Translations under genes and position numbers: made by a program
Part shown: positions 62,571 to 64,000 of the stretch, piece after piece
How the letters are laid out: each line of letters begins with the position of its first letter
Numbering within the stretch: position 1 is the stretch's first letter
Origin: Candidatus Eiseniibacteriota bacterium
GTDB taxonomy: Bacteria > Eisenbacteria > RBG-16-71-46
Reading direction: 5' to 3'
DNA length: 64,000 nucleotides
Assembly: GCA_963707915.1 (NCBI GenBank)
Contig: OY970178.1
Span: 2,464,001 to 2,528,000 of the forward strand
The notes under the pieces: generated by a model
The model's database searches: none
Told to the model about the DNA's origin: nothing
The model's input: the letters and a program-made list of their open reading frames with translations, nothing else

Positions 62571-63399
62571 GCGCCGCGCCCACCCACCAGCGGGGCGAGA
62601 AGCTCTCGCGACCCAGGGTGAGGGCGAAGACCACCGCGAAGACCGGCTCGAGCGCGAAGAGCAGCGCCACCCGGCCCGCGGGCAGCAGGCGCTGCGCGGA
62701 GATCTGCAGCAGCGGCGCCACGATGCTCCCCGCCGCGACGAGGTAGGCGAAGCGCCAGGCGTCCGCCGCCCCGAGCGCGGCGAAGGGCGTGGCCACGCCG
62801 CCGGTGAACGGCAGCAGGACGAGCGTCACGGTGAGGGCCTGGACCGCGCACAGCACCAGCCCGTCCGCGCCGGGGGCGAAACGCGCGAGCGTCACGATCT
62901 GCAGGCCGAAGATCGCCGCGCCGCACAGCGTCCACAACTCCCCCGCGCCCAGGCGCAGGCCCTGCGCCCCGGCCCCCAGCGACAGCAGCGCCGAGCCCGC
63001 CAGGGCCAGAAGCACCCCCTGCAGCAGCACGCCCGAGGGCCGCTGGCCGAGCAGCGGCCACGCGTAGAGGGCGACGAACAAGGTGCCCGCGCAGGTCAGG
63101 AAGGCCGAGCTGCCCGCGCTCGTCAGCGTGAGGCCGACGGCCTGCGCGAAGTAGCCCCCGGCGAAGCACGCGCCGGCGAGCACCCCGCCCAGGAGCGTGG
63201 AGCGCGTGAGCCGGCGCCGGCGCGGGAGCGCGAGCGCGACCAGCACGACGCTCGCGGCGGCGAAGCGGCCGAAGACCAGCGCCAGCGGCGGGATCGCGTG
63301 CAGGCTGTCGCGGATCACGACGAAGGTGGCGCCCCACAGCAGCGTGGCCGCCACCATCGCGCCCAGACCACGCAACTGGGTCCGGGGCACGCGTGTCAC
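62488..63399 (-). CDS. DMT/EamA family transporter
   Basis: LLWGATFVV, RFAAA, LFALEPVFA; about 10 TM helices. Confidence 0.9.
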   Translation of the reverse strand: MTRVPRTQLRGLGAMVAATLLWGATFVVIRDSLHAIPPLALVFGRFAAASVVLVALALPRRRRLTRSTLLGGVLAGACFAGGYFAQAVGLTLTSAGSSAFLTCAGTLFVALYAWPLLGQRPSGVLLQGVLLALAGSALLSLGAGAQGLRLGAGELWTLCGAAIFGLQIVTLARFAPGADGLVLCAVQALTVTLVLLPFTGGVATPFAALGAADAWRFAYLVAAGSIVAPLLQISAQRLLPAGRVALLFALEPVFAVVFALTLGRESFSPRWWVGAALIFAGVVRVEWDAARERSRAAPPGATT

Positions 63400-63400
63400 G

Positions 63401-64000
63401 CTACTCGCCGGGCTCCGCGATGGGGTCGGCCCCGTTGCCGCTGTCGGTCTCGTCGTCCTCGCTCACCACCCGCGTGACCCCCGCCACCACGTCCGGGAGC
63501 AGCTCGCCCTCGGTGGGAGTCAGGTTCACCAGCGTGACGCCCTGGGTGTTGCGGCCCATCACGCCGATGCCCTTCACCGGCATGCGGATGAGCTGGCCGG
63601 AGCGGGTCATGATCATCAGCTCGTCACCGTCCACGACCTCCTTCACGGCCACGATGCAGCCGTTCCGCTCGGTGGTCTTGATGGTGATGATGCCCTTCCC
63701 GCCGCGGTGGGAGACCCGGTACTCGGAGATCTCGCTGCGCTTGCCGAAGCCGTGCTCGGTGACGGCCAGGAGCGTCGACTGGCGCTTGACCCCGACCATG
63801 CTCACGACCTCGTCGTCGGCGTCGTCGAGCGTCACCGCCTTGACCCCGTAGGAGGTGCGGCCCATGGCGCGCACCTCGTTCTCGTGGAACCGGATGGCGA
63901 GGCCCTGCTTCTTCGCCAGGATGATGTCCTGCGAGCCGTCGGTGAGGATGGCCTCGATGAGGCCGTCGCCTTCCTCGAGCAGGATGGCGTTGATCCCGAT
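63401..64000 (-). CDS. gyrA: DNA gyrase subunit A, C-terminal beta-pinwheel (5' part outside window)
   Basis: VRAMGRTSYGVK, GFGKRS..SEYRVSHRGGKGIITIK, MGRNTQGV blade repeats. Confidence 0.92.
   Translation of the reverse strand: MGINAILLEEGDGLIEAILTDGSQDIILAKKQGLAIRFHENEVRAMGRTSYGVKAVTLDDADDEVVSMVGVKRQSTLLAVTEHGFGKRSEISEYRVSHRGGKGIITIKTTERNGCIVAVKEVVDGDELMIMTRSGQLIRMPVKGIGVMGRNTQGVTLVNLTPTEGELLPDVVAGVTRVVSEDDETDSGNGADPIAEPGE

Overview
This is a very high-GC bacterial chromosomal segment with about 56 CDS. I recognised no rRNA, tRNA, CRISPR array or transposase. Gene content suggests a diderm, possibly an FCB-group candidate lineage such as Eisenbacteria, but that is inference only: outer-membrane beta-barrels, many lipoproteins, a T9SS/FlgD-type C-terminal domain on a secreted M6 protease, Wzm/Wzt and GT9. 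Housekeeping genes include rlmD, pepA, pabA/pabB/pabC-like, nadE, a very large GreA-domain protein, a PduO-type adenosyltransferase, rho, efp, groES/groEL with a CIRCE-like operator, and the 3' end of gyrA. There is also a surface-polysaccharide cluster at about 39.4-49.4 kb. The most unusual signals are: (1) four orphan, heavily base-paired intergenic regions that look like unannotated ncRNAs, the best being a ~265-nt multi-branch RNA with promoter and terminator at 26.7-27.0 kb; (2) an NtrC-like protein with its receiver, Walker A/B and GAFTGA motifs all degenerate, coupled to a peroxiredoxin, in a window carrying 4-5 sigma54-type promoters; (3) a Rho lacking its RNA-binding domain and split by a 1-nt frameshift; (4) an EF-P with a PGNWRG loop; (5) a rearranged wzm/wzt cluster with an apparent methyltransferase remnant. 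All calls are by eye, with no database searches. Starts were refined manually and many long overlapping ORFs in the track are high-GC shadows.
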